Assembly: GCA_043802105.1 (NCBI GenBank)
Contig: JAZDLL010000014.1
Coordinates: forward strand, 1 to 48,275
Origin: Candidatus Omnitrophota bacterium
Lineage (GTDB): Bacteria; Omnitrophota; Gorgyraeia; Gygaellales; Profunditerraquicolaceae
DNA length: 48,275 nucleotides
Direction: 5' to 3'
Positions 8,223 through 17,286 of this stretch are shown here, in pieces (the first letter of the stretch is position 1; the number at the start of each line of letters is the position of its first letter). Both the position numbers and the translations under genes were made by a program. The notes beneath the pieces are model-generated. The model made no database searches and was not told the origin of the DNA. It worked only from the letters and a program-made list of their open reading frames with translations.

Positions 8223-8660
8223 TTAAAGGGATGGTTCTGTCCAGGAAACTTTGGTGACAACCCGGCGTAAATCCGTACCGGCTATAGCTGTAGCGCGGAC
8301 TCCATCATATATTTCGTACTCAGCAGAAAAAAAACTATTATTAATCTTTCGCTCAGCGCTGGGAGGACAATTTTTATTTTGCGTGTGCCCACCCACACTA
8401 TCGCAATAAACAGGAAAACCTGGGGCGGTAAGGGTAAGCGCGTTGCTTGCCACTCCCGCTGCCCAGGTATCTGCGCGCACATCCATTTGTAAGGGGTCAA
8501 TAAAAAGCTTGCCAATTTCCGCGCTCATCATGCGTTCACGAGAATGCAGGATTTGCCCCTTAGCGGCAATAAAAACACTAACCAATCCCAACATAACCAG
8601 GGAAAAAATAGCCGACGCCACCAAAATTTCAACCAGTGAAAATCCCTTTTTATTACGCAT
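8223..8660 (-). CDS. Prepilin-type minor pseudopilin (PilV/GspI-like)
   Basis: MRNKKGFSLVEILVASAIFSLVMLGLV is a canonical G|FSLVE prepilin cleavage/methylation motif. Confidence 0.75.
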   Translation of the reverse strand: MRNKKGFSLVEILVASAIFSLVMLGLVSVFIAAKGQILHSRERMMSAEIGKLFIDPLQMDVRADTWAAGVASNALTLTAPGFPVYCDSVGGHTQNKNCPPSAERKINNSFFSAEYEIYDGVRATAIAGTDLRRVVTKVSWTEPSL

Positions 8661-8663
8661 ATT

Positions 8664-9074
8664 TTACGGGCAGGCTGCGGAACCAGAACAAACAGCCTTG
8701 TCTCCCGGAAAATTAATTGTCCATTGCCTTCCATCTGCGCCAACACCGGTGCGCGTAGCGGTACTGTGTTCAACAGTATTACCGTCTAAATCCATGGTCC
8801 ACATCCGGGTAGCACTTTCAGGCAAGCTTAACTTCAAAAAACTATTAATATTGGCAATCACGTTAGTAGTAGTCAGATACGGATAATAATATCCCTGTTC
8901 CATTTTGTAAATCTTTTCAGCTGCCCGAATAAGCGCCAAGCTGGCGTTAGCTTCCTTATTCAAGGCCTTTTCTTTAATCGCCGAGTAATTGGGCCAAGCC
9001 AAAGCCGCTAAAGTACCGATAATCACCACGACCACTAGTATTTCCGCTAAAGTAAAGCCTCTTGTCTTAAACAT
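8664..9074 (-). CDS. Type IV pilin-like protein / GspG-like pseudopilin
   Basis: MFKTRGFTLAEILVVVVIIGTLAALAWPNY is a prepilin motif. A C-terminal Cys pair (CSGSAAC) resembles the pilin D-region. Confidence 0.75.
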   Translation of the reverse strand: MFKTRGFTLAEILVVVVIIGTLAALAWPNYSAIKEKALNKEANASLALIRAAEKIYKMEQGYYYPYLTTTNVIANINSFLKLSLPESATRMWTMDLDGNTVEHSTATRTGVGADGRQWTINFPGDKAVCSGSAACP

Positions 9075-9090
9075 AAATTAGCTTCCTTCT

Positions 9091-9492
9091 TTAGTACCCC
9101 GCAGTTCCGCCCCAGGAACCATTAATAGCCAAAGTTTTAGTATAGCCGCCAGTCATCGACGGTAGTTTTCCGCCAGAGGTACACCTGGTAGCTGTACATA
9201 GGCCATCAGCAGTTGCACAACTGTAAGAGAAATAATGCGCAGTGCCTGTACAGTCAGTGGGAGCACCTACGCCTAAGTTGGCCACTGTTGCATAAGTCCC
9301 ATCTTCAAAGTAATCGGCAACTTCGGCACCTCTTAAGGTACCCAAGATCATCCTGGCTTCCGCCGCCCGGCTTTTTTCTACTACCTTATTATATTGGGTT
9401 AAACCGATCGACGCCAATATCCCAACGATGATAACCACGATAACTAATTCTACAAGCGTAAAACCTTTTATCCTGGACATCATATAGATCAA
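9091..9492 (-). CDS. Type IV major pilin, paralog 2
   Basis: SRIKGFTLVELVIVVIIVGILASIGLTQYNKVVEKSRAAEA is a prepilin motif followed by the alpha1 helix. The C-terminal globular part is Cys-rich. It is a tandem duplicate of 9502..9885. Confidence 0.8.
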   Translation of the reverse strand: MIYMMSRIKGFTLVELVIVVIIVGILASIGLTQYNKVVEKSRAAEARMILGTLRGAEVADYFEDGTYATVANLGVGAPTDCTGTAHYFSYSCATADGLCTATRCTSGGKLPSMTGGYTKTLAINGSWGGTAGY

Positions 9493-9501
9493 CTTCTTTC
9501 T

Positions 9502-9885
9502 TTAGTACCCTGCAGTCCCGCCCCAGGCACCATTAATAGCCAAAGTTTTATTATAGCCGCCAGTCATCGACGGTAGTTTTCCGCCAGAGGTACACCTGGT
9601 AGCTGTACATAGGCCATCAGCAGTTGCACAACTGTAAGAGAAATAATGCGAAGTGCCTGTACAGTCAACTGGAGCTCCTACGGCTAGGTTAGCTACTGTA
9701 ACATAAGCACCATTTTCATTAAACTCGGCAATTTCAGCGGTTCTACACGTACCCAAGATCATCCTGGCTTCCGCCGCCCGGCTTTTTTCTACTACCTTAT
9801 TATATTGGGTTAAACCAATCGACGCCAATATCCCAACGATGATGACCACGATAACTAATTCTACAAGCGTAAAACCTTTTCTCAT
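9502..9885 (-). CDS. Type IV major pilin, paralog 1
   Basis: MRKGFTLVELVIVVIIVGILASIGLTQYNKVVEKSRAAEA. It has a strong RBS (AAGGAGGAG) and its own promoter-like TTGACA/TATAAT just upstream. Confidence 0.85.
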   Translation of the reverse strand: MRKGFTLVELVIVVIIVGILASIGLTQYNKVVEKSRAAEARMILGTCRTAEIAEFNENGAYVTVANLAVGAPVDCTGTSHYFSYSCATADGLCTATRCTSGGKLPSMTGGYNKTLAINGAWGGTAGY

Positions 9886-9939
9886 CTTACTCCTCCTTAT
9901 ATTATCATATTATCCAAATTCAACCACTCTTGCTAATAA

Positions 9940-9969
9940 ATTATAACACTTATTTTCAATCATTGTCAA
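9940..9969 (-). promoter_or_regulatory. Sigma70-like promoter for the pilin genes
   Basis: The minus strand has TTGACA (9969-9964), an 18-nt spacer and TATAAT (9945-9940). It lies between the pilC stop and the pilin start. Confidence 0.5.
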
Positions 9970-9972
9970 TAA

Positions 9973-11211
9973 TTATCCTGAAATTTTCGCCAGCTCAAAT
10001 ATAGGTAAAAACATCCCTAAGACCATCACCCCGATAATCCCACCGATAAAAATCAAAACAAACGGTTCAAATATAGAAACAAACCGCGTAAGGAAAGTAT
10101 CGCAATACTCCTGATAGAAAGAATTGATCCTTTTAAACATCTGGGGAAGCTCTCCGATCTCTTCTCCAATACTGACCATTTGGATAACCATGGGTTCAAA
10201 AAAACCGCTGCGTTCAAGGGAATCCCGCATCGGCTTACCATCCCGCACATCATCCTTAATTTTACGAATAATATCCGCCATGATAAGATTATTCACGCTG
10301 CGCCCGGATATTTCCAAAGAATAAAGAATCGGAACTCCCGATTCTAAAAGAGTAGCCATTTCCGATGAAAATTTTTCTATATTAAACGCCAGGAAAAATT
10401 CTCCAAAAAGCGGTAACTTAAATTGAAGTTTTTCAAAGTTTAATCTGCCGCCCTTAGTATGTAAGTACTGGCGAAAAAGAAAAATACCTACCCCGATAAA
10501 AAAAAGTAACAGAAAAATATTTTTTTTAAGAAAATCACTGATGTTCACCAACACCTGGGTAAGCCAGGGCAAGCTAATATTAAAACTTTTAAATATTTCC
10601 GCAAATGAAGGTATTATTTTTAACGACAAGAATAACAGGGCACCAAACCCCGCACAGGTTAAAATTATCGGATAGACTAATGCCGAGATTACCTTATTTC
10701 TAAACTGCGCTTCTTTTTCTAAATAGGCGGCCAGCCGATTTAACACCACGGCAAGATTGCCGCTGGCCTCCCCGCTTTCCACAAGATTAATCCAAAGATC
10801 GGAAAAAATTCTAGGATGGGCAGCCAAGGCTTCATGAAAACTTAGGCCCGCCTCCATACTCTTTTTCAAATCCAGGCTTACATTATAAAGCTTCCTACTG
10901 GCTACCTGTTTAGAAATAATCTCCAGGCTTTTGAGTATGGTTACCCCGGCTCCGATTAAAGTCGATAGCTGCCGGCAATAAAGCATCAGATCTTGGCTAG
11001 TCACCCTGCTATGCTTAGGCTTAAATCTAATTTTTACAAAGGTGTCGGCGGAAGAATCACCAAAGACCTCCGATCCTTCGGGTATAACATTGACTACGAT
11101 TAATCCTTTGGATTGAACTTTGGTTATTGCATCTTCTTGAGTTAAAGCTTCCTCAATCCCGGTTTCCTTAACACCCGCGCGATTCCTGGCAATATAATAA
11201 AACTTAGGCAT
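9973..11211 (-). CDS. pilC: Type IV pilus / T2SS platform protein, GspF/PilC family
   Basis: 412 aa with two GspF-type repeats (LSTLIGAGVTILKSLEI... and LATLLESGVPILYSLEI...) and three TM segments. Confidence 0.9.
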   Translation of the reverse strand: MPKFYYIARNRAGVKETGIEEALTQEDAITKVQSKGLIVVNVIPEGSEVFGDSSADTFVKIRFKPKHSRVTSQDLMLYCRQLSTLIGAGVTILKSLEIISKQVASRKLYNVSLDLKKSMEAGLSFHEALAAHPRIFSDLWINLVESGEASGNLAVVLNRLAAYLEKEAQFRNKVISALVYPIILTCAGFGALLFLSLKIIPSFAEIFKSFNISLPWLTQVLVNISDFLKKNIFLLLFFIGVGIFLFRQYLHTKGGRLNFEKLQFKLPLFGEFFLAFNIEKFSSEMATLLESGVPILYSLEISGRSVNNLIMADIIRKIKDDVRDGKPMRDSLERSGFFEPMVIQMVSIGEEIGELPQMFKRINSFYQEYCDTFLTRFVSIFEPFVLIFIGGIIGVMVLGMFLPIFELAKISG

Positions 11212-12926
11212 TATTCTGCTCCCATGGTAGTGGAAATAATTTCTTCCAGAGAAGTTATGCCGCTTTCTACCTTTTTAATCCCTGATTCATAAAGCGTTTG
11301 CATCCCCGAGGCTCTGGCTACTTCGCGTATCTTTTGGAAAGAAGCTCTTTGATTAATTAAATCCTGGATTTCCAAAGTAATGGGCAGAACTTCCACGATA
11401 CAGGTCCGACCCTTATATCCGGCACTATTGCACTTTGGGCATCCTTTGGGGCCATAAATTAGCTCCGCTTTTATCGCCGCGCCCTTAATCTGAGCGCTCG
11501 TCGGCTCATAAGCTACTTTACAGTCCGGACATAATTTACGCACCAGCCGTTGAGCAATAATCGCCAACAAAGAAGGCGCCAGCATATACGGTTCAATTCC
11601 GATATCCATCAGCCGGCTTACCGCCGAAGGTGCATCATTAGTATGCAGGGTACTTAAAACTAAGTGCCCGGTAAGCGCTGAACGAATGCATATCTGGGCG
11701 GTTTCCAAATCCCTAATCTCTCCGACCAGCATGATATCCGGATCCTGCCGCAAAAAACTACGCAAAGCTGCGGCAAAGGTCAGCCCAATTTCCGGCTTGA
11801 CCTGTACCTGATTAATCTCGTCCATCTTATATTCAACCGGATCTTCTACGGAAACAATATTTTTAGATGGGCCCTTTATTTCATTTAGAATAGCATAAAG
11901 CGAAGTAGATTTGCCGCTTCCGGTCGGGCCGGTAATTAAAACTAATCCGTAAGGAGCAAAAATTGCCTTGCGGACATGTTCAAGCTGAGGTCCATCGAAT
12001 CCCAAATAGTCCAAATTCAGGGTAACCCCACCGCGGTCTAAGATTCGCAGGACCGCCTTTTCTCCGTAAATAGTCGGAATCATAGAAACGCGAATATCTA
12101 TCGGGCGATCGTCAATCCTCACTAAAATCGCACCATCCTGAGGTAATCGCTTCTCCGCAATATCAAGTTTAGCTAGAATCTTTACGCGGGAGACCAGCGG
12201 TAAATGCAAGTGTTTAGCCGGCGGAGGTATCTCATAAAGCTTGCCGTCAATTCTATAGCGCAATGAAATTCTATCTTTAAAGGGTTCAATATGTATATCT
12301 GAAGCCCGCTCTCCAATAGCCTGGCGAATAATTAAATCCACTAATTTTACCACCGGGGCTTCTTCTGCCCGGGCAATCAACTTGTCCAAACTAAGTTCCT
12401 GCCCTAGATCCTCGTTTTTTTGAGTGAAGGAAGAATCTATATCATAACTAGAATCAACTACATCCTTAAGCATCGAAGATTTGCCATAGAATTCTTCAAT
12501 GGCTTTTAAAATATCCGAACGCGTAGCAATCACCGGATTGATTTCACTTCCGGTTAACTTTCTAAGGCTATCGATCAGAAGAATATCCAGAGGATCGGAC
12601 AAAACAACCGTTAAAGACCTAAGCATGCGGGAAAGAGGTAAAACAGCGTTCTTAAAAGCAAACTCGTGGGGGATCAGATTGTCTAAACCCTGATCCATCG
12701 CCGGCTTGAGCATCCCGGTTCCCAATGAAAAATAGGGCATGTTCAGCTGCTTACATAGGGCGGCCAAAACCTGTTCTTCTTTAACCGCCCCCTGCTTGAT
12801 CAATATTTCGCCTAAGCGCCCGCCCTCCTGCCTTTGTGCGGTAACCGCTTTTTCCAGCTGGCTGGCAGTGATAATACCTTCTCTCAATAAAAAATCGCCT
12901 AATCTTAAATAGTTATCTTTTACCAT
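11211..12926 (-). CDS. pilB: Type IV pilus assembly ATPase, GspE/PilB family, with an N-terminal MshEN-type domain
   Basis: Walker A GPTGSGKST, Asp box, Walker B and His box (TGHLVLSTLHTN), and a tetracysteine CPDC...CPKC. The N-terminus carries two tandem RLGxx... motifs. Confidence 0.92.
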   Translation of the reverse strand: MVKDNYLRLGDFLLREGIITASQLEKAVTAQRQEGGRLGEILIKQGAVKEEQVLAALCKQLNMPYFSLGTGMLKPAMDQGLDNLIPHEFAFKNAVLPLSRMLRSLTVVLSDPLDILLIDSLRKLTGSEINPVIATRSDILKAIEEFYGKSSMLKDVVDSSYDIDSSFTQKNEDLGQELSLDKLIARAEEAPVVKLVDLIIRQAIGERASDIHIEPFKDRISLRYRIDGKLYEIPPPAKHLHLPLVSRVKILAKLDIAEKRLPQDGAILVRIDDRPIDIRVSMIPTIYGEKAVLRILDRGGVTLNLDYLGFDGPQLEHVRKAIFAPYGLVLITGPTGSGKSTSLYAILNEIKGPSKNIVSVEDPVEYKMDEINQVQVKPEIGLTFAAALRSFLRQDPDIMLVGEIRDLETAQICIRSALTGHLVLSTLHTNDAPSAVSRLMDIGIEPYMLAPSLLAIIAQRLVRKLCPDCKVAYEPTSAQIKGAAIKAELIYGPKGCPKCNSAGYKGRTCIVEVLPITLEIQDLINQRASFQKIREVARASGMQTLYESGIKKVESGITSLEEIISTTMGAE

Positions 12927-14439
12927 TAATGCTCTTATCGAATTTATTCATATTAGAATTAATTGCATAATCCCGGCTGGCTACTGAAACGCCCTGTTCT
13001 CTAATCGGCAGCTGGATATTTTGCAGTTGAGTCAATTTAACATCCATCTTATCCCTAATAATACGCGGAGTAATAAAAACTATTAGCTCGCGCTCAATTC
13101 CTTCGGTTTGCTCTTTGTGCCTAAAAAGGAGGCCCAGCAAAGGAATATCTCCCAAGATCGGTATTTTCCTTATAGCAACCTTACTATCATGATGAATAAG
13201 ACCGCCTAAAATTACGGTTTCTCCGTCTTTAACCTTAACAATCGATTTCGTACTTCTTACTTCCACATTGGCCTGCTGATTAGTGAGAGTACTTAATTCG
13301 CTGATACTGGTAACGCTTGATTTTGGATAAAGTACCATGGTAATCTCGTTAGTGTCTAAATTAATTTGCGGGGTTACCCGAAGGAAAATCCCGGTTCCCT
13401 CTTTAGTCAGTTGCAGATCTGTCGATCTTTTAAATATACTAGTGGTGGTTGTGCCGCTAGTCGTTATATTTACCGTATCTTCCCTACCCACTATTTCATC
13501 TTTGGTAATCGCAATCTCGGCGGACTCATTATTTAAAGTAAGCAGCTTAGGCCGGGCTAAAAATTTAGTATCGGTATCTGTTCTCATTAAATCCAACTGC
13601 ATATCATATCCATCGCCGGGATTAATAGAGAGTAACCCTTTGCCCACATCCATAACCTTGCTCCAATCACCATAAGGATACCCCAGAGAGGCGGTAGCCC
13701 CGGTTACAACCGCAGTAAAAGGCGTATCGCCGAATCTAAGCCCCATTTTATCTACCATCGCCTTGCTTACATCCAGCATCTCCACCTCCAGCATTACCTG
13801 TGGCACAGCTACATCCAATGAGGCAATTACCTGGGTGATCACTTTCATTCTCATGGGTGTATCCGTAACAATAAGACTGTTAGTCCGAAAATCTTCCATC
13901 ATCGAACCTACGCTGGAAAGCAATTTTTTAACTGCGCTAGAAATCCCGCCTTCAACTTCCTCTTTAAACTTACTCCGGGTGCTGGCCACCGAACCGCTGC
14001 TCACAATGCTTATAGATTTAGCTAATTCGTCTTTTAAAGAGGCGGTGGAAACCGTAGCGTTTTTCAGATAAAAAACTTTAGTTACCGTTTCAGTGCCCAT
14101 CATTCCCCACTCTTTAACCACAAAAATATTCGCTTCGCTGTCTAGCTCGTAAGAAAGATTGTTGGCGCTAAAGATCTTATCCATCGCTTGGCTCAAGGGG
14201 ACTTTATCCAGATAAAGAGTAATCTTTCTATCCTGCACCGCTTCGGAGGAAATAAAGTTCATTCCCGCCTGCATAGAAAATACCTTTAGGATATCTTTGA
14301 GGTTAGCATCTTTAAAGTCCATGGAGATAGTCGGCTCCGAGCCGGCCAACGGAGGCAGTTCCTCAGCATTTAACCGCGCAATAAAAAAAGCAAACATTAA
14401 AAGAAAAATAGCCACGGTAGTTACAAATATTTTTTTCAT
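12913..14439 (-). CDS. pilQ: Secretin (PilQ/GspD family outer-membrane channel)
   Basis: Signal peptide and N-domains. The C-terminal secretin signature is VILGGLIHHDSKVAIRKIPILGDIPLLGLLFRHKEQTEGIERELIVFITPRII. Confidence 0.9.
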   Translation of the reverse strand: MKKIFVTTVAIFLLMFAFFIARLNAEELPPLAGSEPTISMDFKDANLKDILKVFSMQAGMNFISSEAVQDRKITLYLDKVPLSQAMDKIFSANNLSYELDSEANIFVVKEWGMMGTETVTKVFYLKNATVSTASLKDELAKSISIVSSGSVASTRSKFKEEVEGGISSAVKKLLSSVGSMMEDFRTNSLIVTDTPMRMKVITQVIASLDVAVPQVMLEVEMLDVSKAMVDKMGLRFGDTPFTAVVTGATASLGYPYGDWSKVMDVGKGLLSINPGDGYDMQLDLMRTDTDTKFLARPKLLTLNNESAEIAITKDEIVGREDTVNITTSGTTTTSIFKRSTDLQLTKEGTGIFLRVTPQINLDTNEITMVLYPKSSVTSISELSTLTNQQANVEVRSTKSIVKVKDGETVILGGLIHHDSKVAIRKIPILGDIPLLGLLFRHKEQTEGIERELIVFITPRIIRDKMDVKLTQLQNIQLPIREQGVSVASRDYAINSNMNKFDKSINGKR

Positions 14440-14473
14440 TTAATTCCTCCTTTAAGTTTCATCCAGCATAATT

Positions 14474-14887
14474 TTATCGGGGAGCAGGTAAATCAAATAC
14501 CGCTCCATAATAACTTAGAGTAATTCCTTTTTTCTCTATACTGACAATTTGAGCGCCTTCAATTAAATCGCCGATCGTCAAAACCTTATCATTAATAATT
14601 GCTTGGGGAATCTTGGCTCCCCAGATTATTCCTTGCACTTTAAGCTTATTTAGATCAAATTCCGGCCTGCTTAAATCCGTGCTCTCCGGCAAAACTTCTT
14701 TAATTTCTTCTTTTATAAAATATGTTTTAAAAGGGTCGCGTAATTTACCAGATTTATATTCTACTACCGGACGCACAATCAACCCCTCGGGGGTAACAAC
14801 TTCTTCTGCCCAAGCCAGGGGGTTCTGCCCGATTAAGCCGGCTAGCAAAAAAACAAGTAGTATATTTTTACATTTTCTGCTCATCAT
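14474..14887 (-). CDS. PilP-like / GspC HR-domain-like periplasmic protein
   Basis: Signal peptide. The C-terminal beta-rich block is LKVQGIIWGAKIPQAIINDKVLTIGDLIEGAQIVSIEKKGITL. It sits between PilO and the secretin, as PilP does. Confidence 0.5.
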   Translation of the reverse strand: MMSRKCKNILLVFLLAGLIGQNPLAWAEEVVTPEGLIVRPVVEYKSGKLRDPFKTYFIKEEIKEVLPESTDLSRPEFDLNKLKVQGIIWGAKIPQAIINDKVLTIGDLIEGAQIVSIEKKGITLSYYGAVFDLPAPR

Positions 14888-15457
14888 TTATAAGTAAGCG
14901 ATAGTGTTAATTTTTAAAGTAACGTTCAAATCAACATCCGCGGCTGCTGGATTAACCTCCGTGGCTGTTGAACGAAGATTAGTAGGTTCTGTATTAGCAT
15001 TAGCTGTTGAGGAATTAATTTTAACCTCACTAACCAAGCAAATATCCTGATTATTCTCAATTTTGCTAATAAAATCGCCCAGAGCGTGATAGCTAGGGGC
15101 ATTCAAAGTGATTAAAAACGAAGAGTTAAAGTAGTTCTCCATCGCTTCCTCAGTGTTGGGTTTTACAGAAATAATCTTAACGGAAGCGTTTTTAGCAATA
15201 CTGGATATAATATCCATAACCGAAGCCAAATCCTTTCTAACAAAAACTTTCTTGTAGACTTCAGCCTTATTCTCAAGGGAGGCAATTTCTTCAACTACTT
15301 TATTTTTCTCTAGCTCACTATTCTGTTGTTGGATTAAAGAGTTTACTTGATTACTAGAGGAGTTATAAAAATGCCAGGCAAGAATTAACGCCAGAATAAT
15401 TATTACGACATTCACAATTTTACTCTTATTCCTTTCAATTAAGCTGTAATTAATCAT
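14888..15457 (-). CDS. pilO: PilO-like pilus alignment protein
   Basis: Single N-terminal TM (VVIIILALILAW), a coiled-coil, then a ferredoxin-like C-terminal domain. It follows the PilM-PilN gene. Confidence 0.6.
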   Translation of the reverse strand: MINYSLIERNKSKIVNVVIIILALILAWHFYNSSSNQVNSLIQQQNSELEKNKVVEEIASLENKAEVYKKVFVRKDLASVMDIISSIAKNASVKIISVKPNTEEAMENYFNSSFLITLNAPSYHALGDFISKIENNQDICLVSEVKINSSTANANTEPTNLRSTATEVNPAAADVDLNVTLKINTIAYL

Positions 15458-15458
15458 G

Positions 15459-17012
15459 CTATTTATTCTCCGGAGAATTCTTGCAGGTAATTTTAAAGAC
15501 CGCTATATTTTTATTCTGCACATTCTTTTGATCAATAAAACCTATGGTAATTTCTTTAAAATAGCTGGAAAACACAGGATCTTTTTTTAAATTTGTAAGA
15601 AAAATATTTACCGACTCAAACTCCTGCTCGCTATTTCCAAGGTAAACCTGTCCATTAAGAACAAGCTCCATCGGCACTCCTTTGGTTTGGGTGAGATTGA
15701 AAGATTCCAGCCACACTCCTTTTGGCAAGGCGCGGGGAATACTACTAAGCAAAGGAGTAACATACATTTGATTTTTCACCAAATTATCTAACGCCGTAAT
15801 TTTCCTTTTAAATTTAGAGCTTACATTGGTCAGCTCTTGAAAATCATCACTAGCCAAAACAGTACTGATTTTTACGCGCTTATTTTTAATCGCCGCCAGT
15901 TCATCCTGCTTGGCTTGCGTACGCATAAACCCATGGCCAAAAACCGCTGCGCACACAACCAATCCTAAAAATATATACTTTAAATCTATTCTAACGCCTT
16001 CAAACAAAGCAAAGGGATTTCCAGCGGCCGCCGCGGCAGCCGCCCGAGTGGCTTTGAGCCTTGAACCAATCAGGTTTATTCTAATTTTAAGAGGCGCGGA
16101 CTTAAATAAAGCCACGGCATAACTTTTAACCAGAATCGATGAATAACTGACCGTCTTACCCAAAACTTTTTGAGTATCCACGAACTTAACCGGTATCGAT
16201 GTTTCCGCAAAAAAAGGTTTGAGCCCCGGATGACTCCCCTTATCTGAAACAACAAAAATATTTTTTACCTCTTTATCCGGAAACTTACGATTATAGTAAT
16301 CAAAAGAAATCCGGATTTCCTTTTTTAATTTATCCTGCTTTTGCGCCAGATCTGATTCAGCGGTCTGCTCAAACCCCGCTGGCTCTCCGGCAAAATCAAA
16401 ATCACGGCTAAACAAAGAAAATCCGTTTTCAAAAACTGTAAAGTTTGCTTCGTCTTCATTATTTAAATCAAAACAGAGGCTGGCCATTACTCCGGCGTCG
16501 CTTAAACCTGAAAGTTTTAAAAAACGTAAAACGCTAAAAGCTGAATATTCTAAAGCGTTAATCTTAAGATTAAGCTGCTTGGCAAAAGAAATATAATTAG
16601 CCAAAATTTCCTTTTTTATCCCCACAAAAAGAACCAGACTGGTTTTATTCTTCTTATTAAAAACCAGCTGAAAATCATAGTCCAGGTCCTCAAGTTTAAA
16701 AGGTATATATTTTTTCGCTTCAAAGCTAACCCCGCCCCTTAGTTCGCTCAGGGGCAAAAGCGGAATTTCAAAAGTGCGGATAACCAAATCCTGTCCGGAA
16801 ATACAAAAAGTAACTTCACCGGCATTTATCCGGTAGCTGCGAAAAGCATCTTTAAGTAAAGCCATTATTTTTACATCCGTAGGAACCTTCTCTTCTAATT
16901 CGGATATTTCCAACTTAGGGTGCGGCAGGCGAATATTGTTTAAGATCTTATTACCGCTAGTTTCTACCAGGTTAATATCCTTAATCCCAAAATATATACC
17001 TAAAGAATTCAT
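15459..17012 (-). CDS. pilM: PilM-PilN fusion protein (actin-like ATPase fold + TM + PilN-like periplasmic domain)
   Basis: The first roughly 320 aa resemble PilM/FtsA-like proteins. Then come a poly-Ala linker (RAAAAAAAGN), a TM helix (YIFLGLVVCAAVFGHGF), a coiled-coil and a PilN-like domain. 517 aa in a single ORF. Confidence 0.7.
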   Translation of the reverse strand: MNSLGIYFGIKDINLVETSGNKILNNIRLPHPKLEISELEEKVPTDVKIMALLKDAFRSYRINAGEVTFCISGQDLVIRTFEIPLLPLSELRGGVSFEAKKYIPFKLEDLDYDFQLVFNKKNKTSLVLFVGIKKEILANYISFAKQLNLKINALEYSAFSVLRFLKLSGLSDAGVMASLCFDLNNEDEANFTVFENGFSLFSRDFDFAGEPAGFEQTAESDLAQKQDKLKKEIRISFDYYNRKFPDKEVKNIFVVSDKGSHPGLKPFFAETSIPVKFVDTQKVLGKTVSYSSILVKSYAVALFKSAPLKIRINLIGSRLKATRAAAAAAAGNPFALFEGVRIDLKYIFLGLVVCAAVFGHGFMRTQAKQDELAAIKNKRVKISTVLASDDFQELTNVSSKFKRKITALDNLVKNQMYVTPLLSSIPRALPKGVWLESFNLTQTKGVPMELVLNGQVYLGNSEQEFESVNIFLTNLKKDPVFSSYFKEITIGFIDQKNVQNKNIAVFKITCKNSPENK

Positions 17013-17218
17013 GAGTTATCTCCCTCAAGCCGCGAAGGCGGCGTAGTCGTTTCGCGCTTCTTAGACCTTAACCAATTATCAATGTCCTTACGGTCAAACC
17101 TCCAAACTCCCCCCACCTTAATCCCGGAAATCTTACGTTGATTAAGCCAGTTATAGATAGTCTGCTTCTTTAATTTTAGGTACTCCGCCAATTCATCAAT
17201 ATCGATTAATCTTGACAT
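17009..17218 (-). CDS. Excisionase-family (MerR-like) helix-turn-helix DNA-binding protein
   Basis: IDELAEYLKLKKQTIYNWLNQRKISGIKVGGVWRFDRKDIDNWL matches the Xis-type HTH pattern (..y..i..G.ip..k.Gr.wrf....i..wl). Its stop overlaps the pilM start (ATGA). Confidence 0.75.
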   Translation of the reverse strand: MSRLIDIDELAEYLKLKKQTIYNWLNQRKISGIKVGGVWRFDRKDIDNWLRSKKRETTTPPSRLEGDNS

Positions 17219-17257
17219 AAGTGTTACTTCCTTTAGTTATAAACTACTGCAGAGTCA

Positions 17258-17286
17258 ATTAAAACATAATATTCTTATTCTGTCAA
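17258..17286 (-). promoter_or_regulatory. Sigma70-like promoter for the HTH-pilMNOPQBC string
   Basis: The minus strand has TTGACA (17286-17281), a 17-nt spacer and TTTAAT (17263-17258), about 40 nt upstream of the HTH start codon. Confidence 0.5.

Noticed and set aside
16020-16050. The GC-rich GCGGCCGCCGCGGCAGCCGCC run inside pilMN as another noncoding GC element.
   Set aside because: It is in frame and encodes the poly-Ala linker of a continuous ORF. It has no hairpin partner comparable to families A-C.
17009-17218. The excisionase-family HTH as a marker of a prophage or integrative element.
   Set aside because: There is no integrase, no att-like repeat and no phage or conjugation genes nearby. 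The gene is translationally coupled to pilM, so it is more likely a locus-specific regulator.
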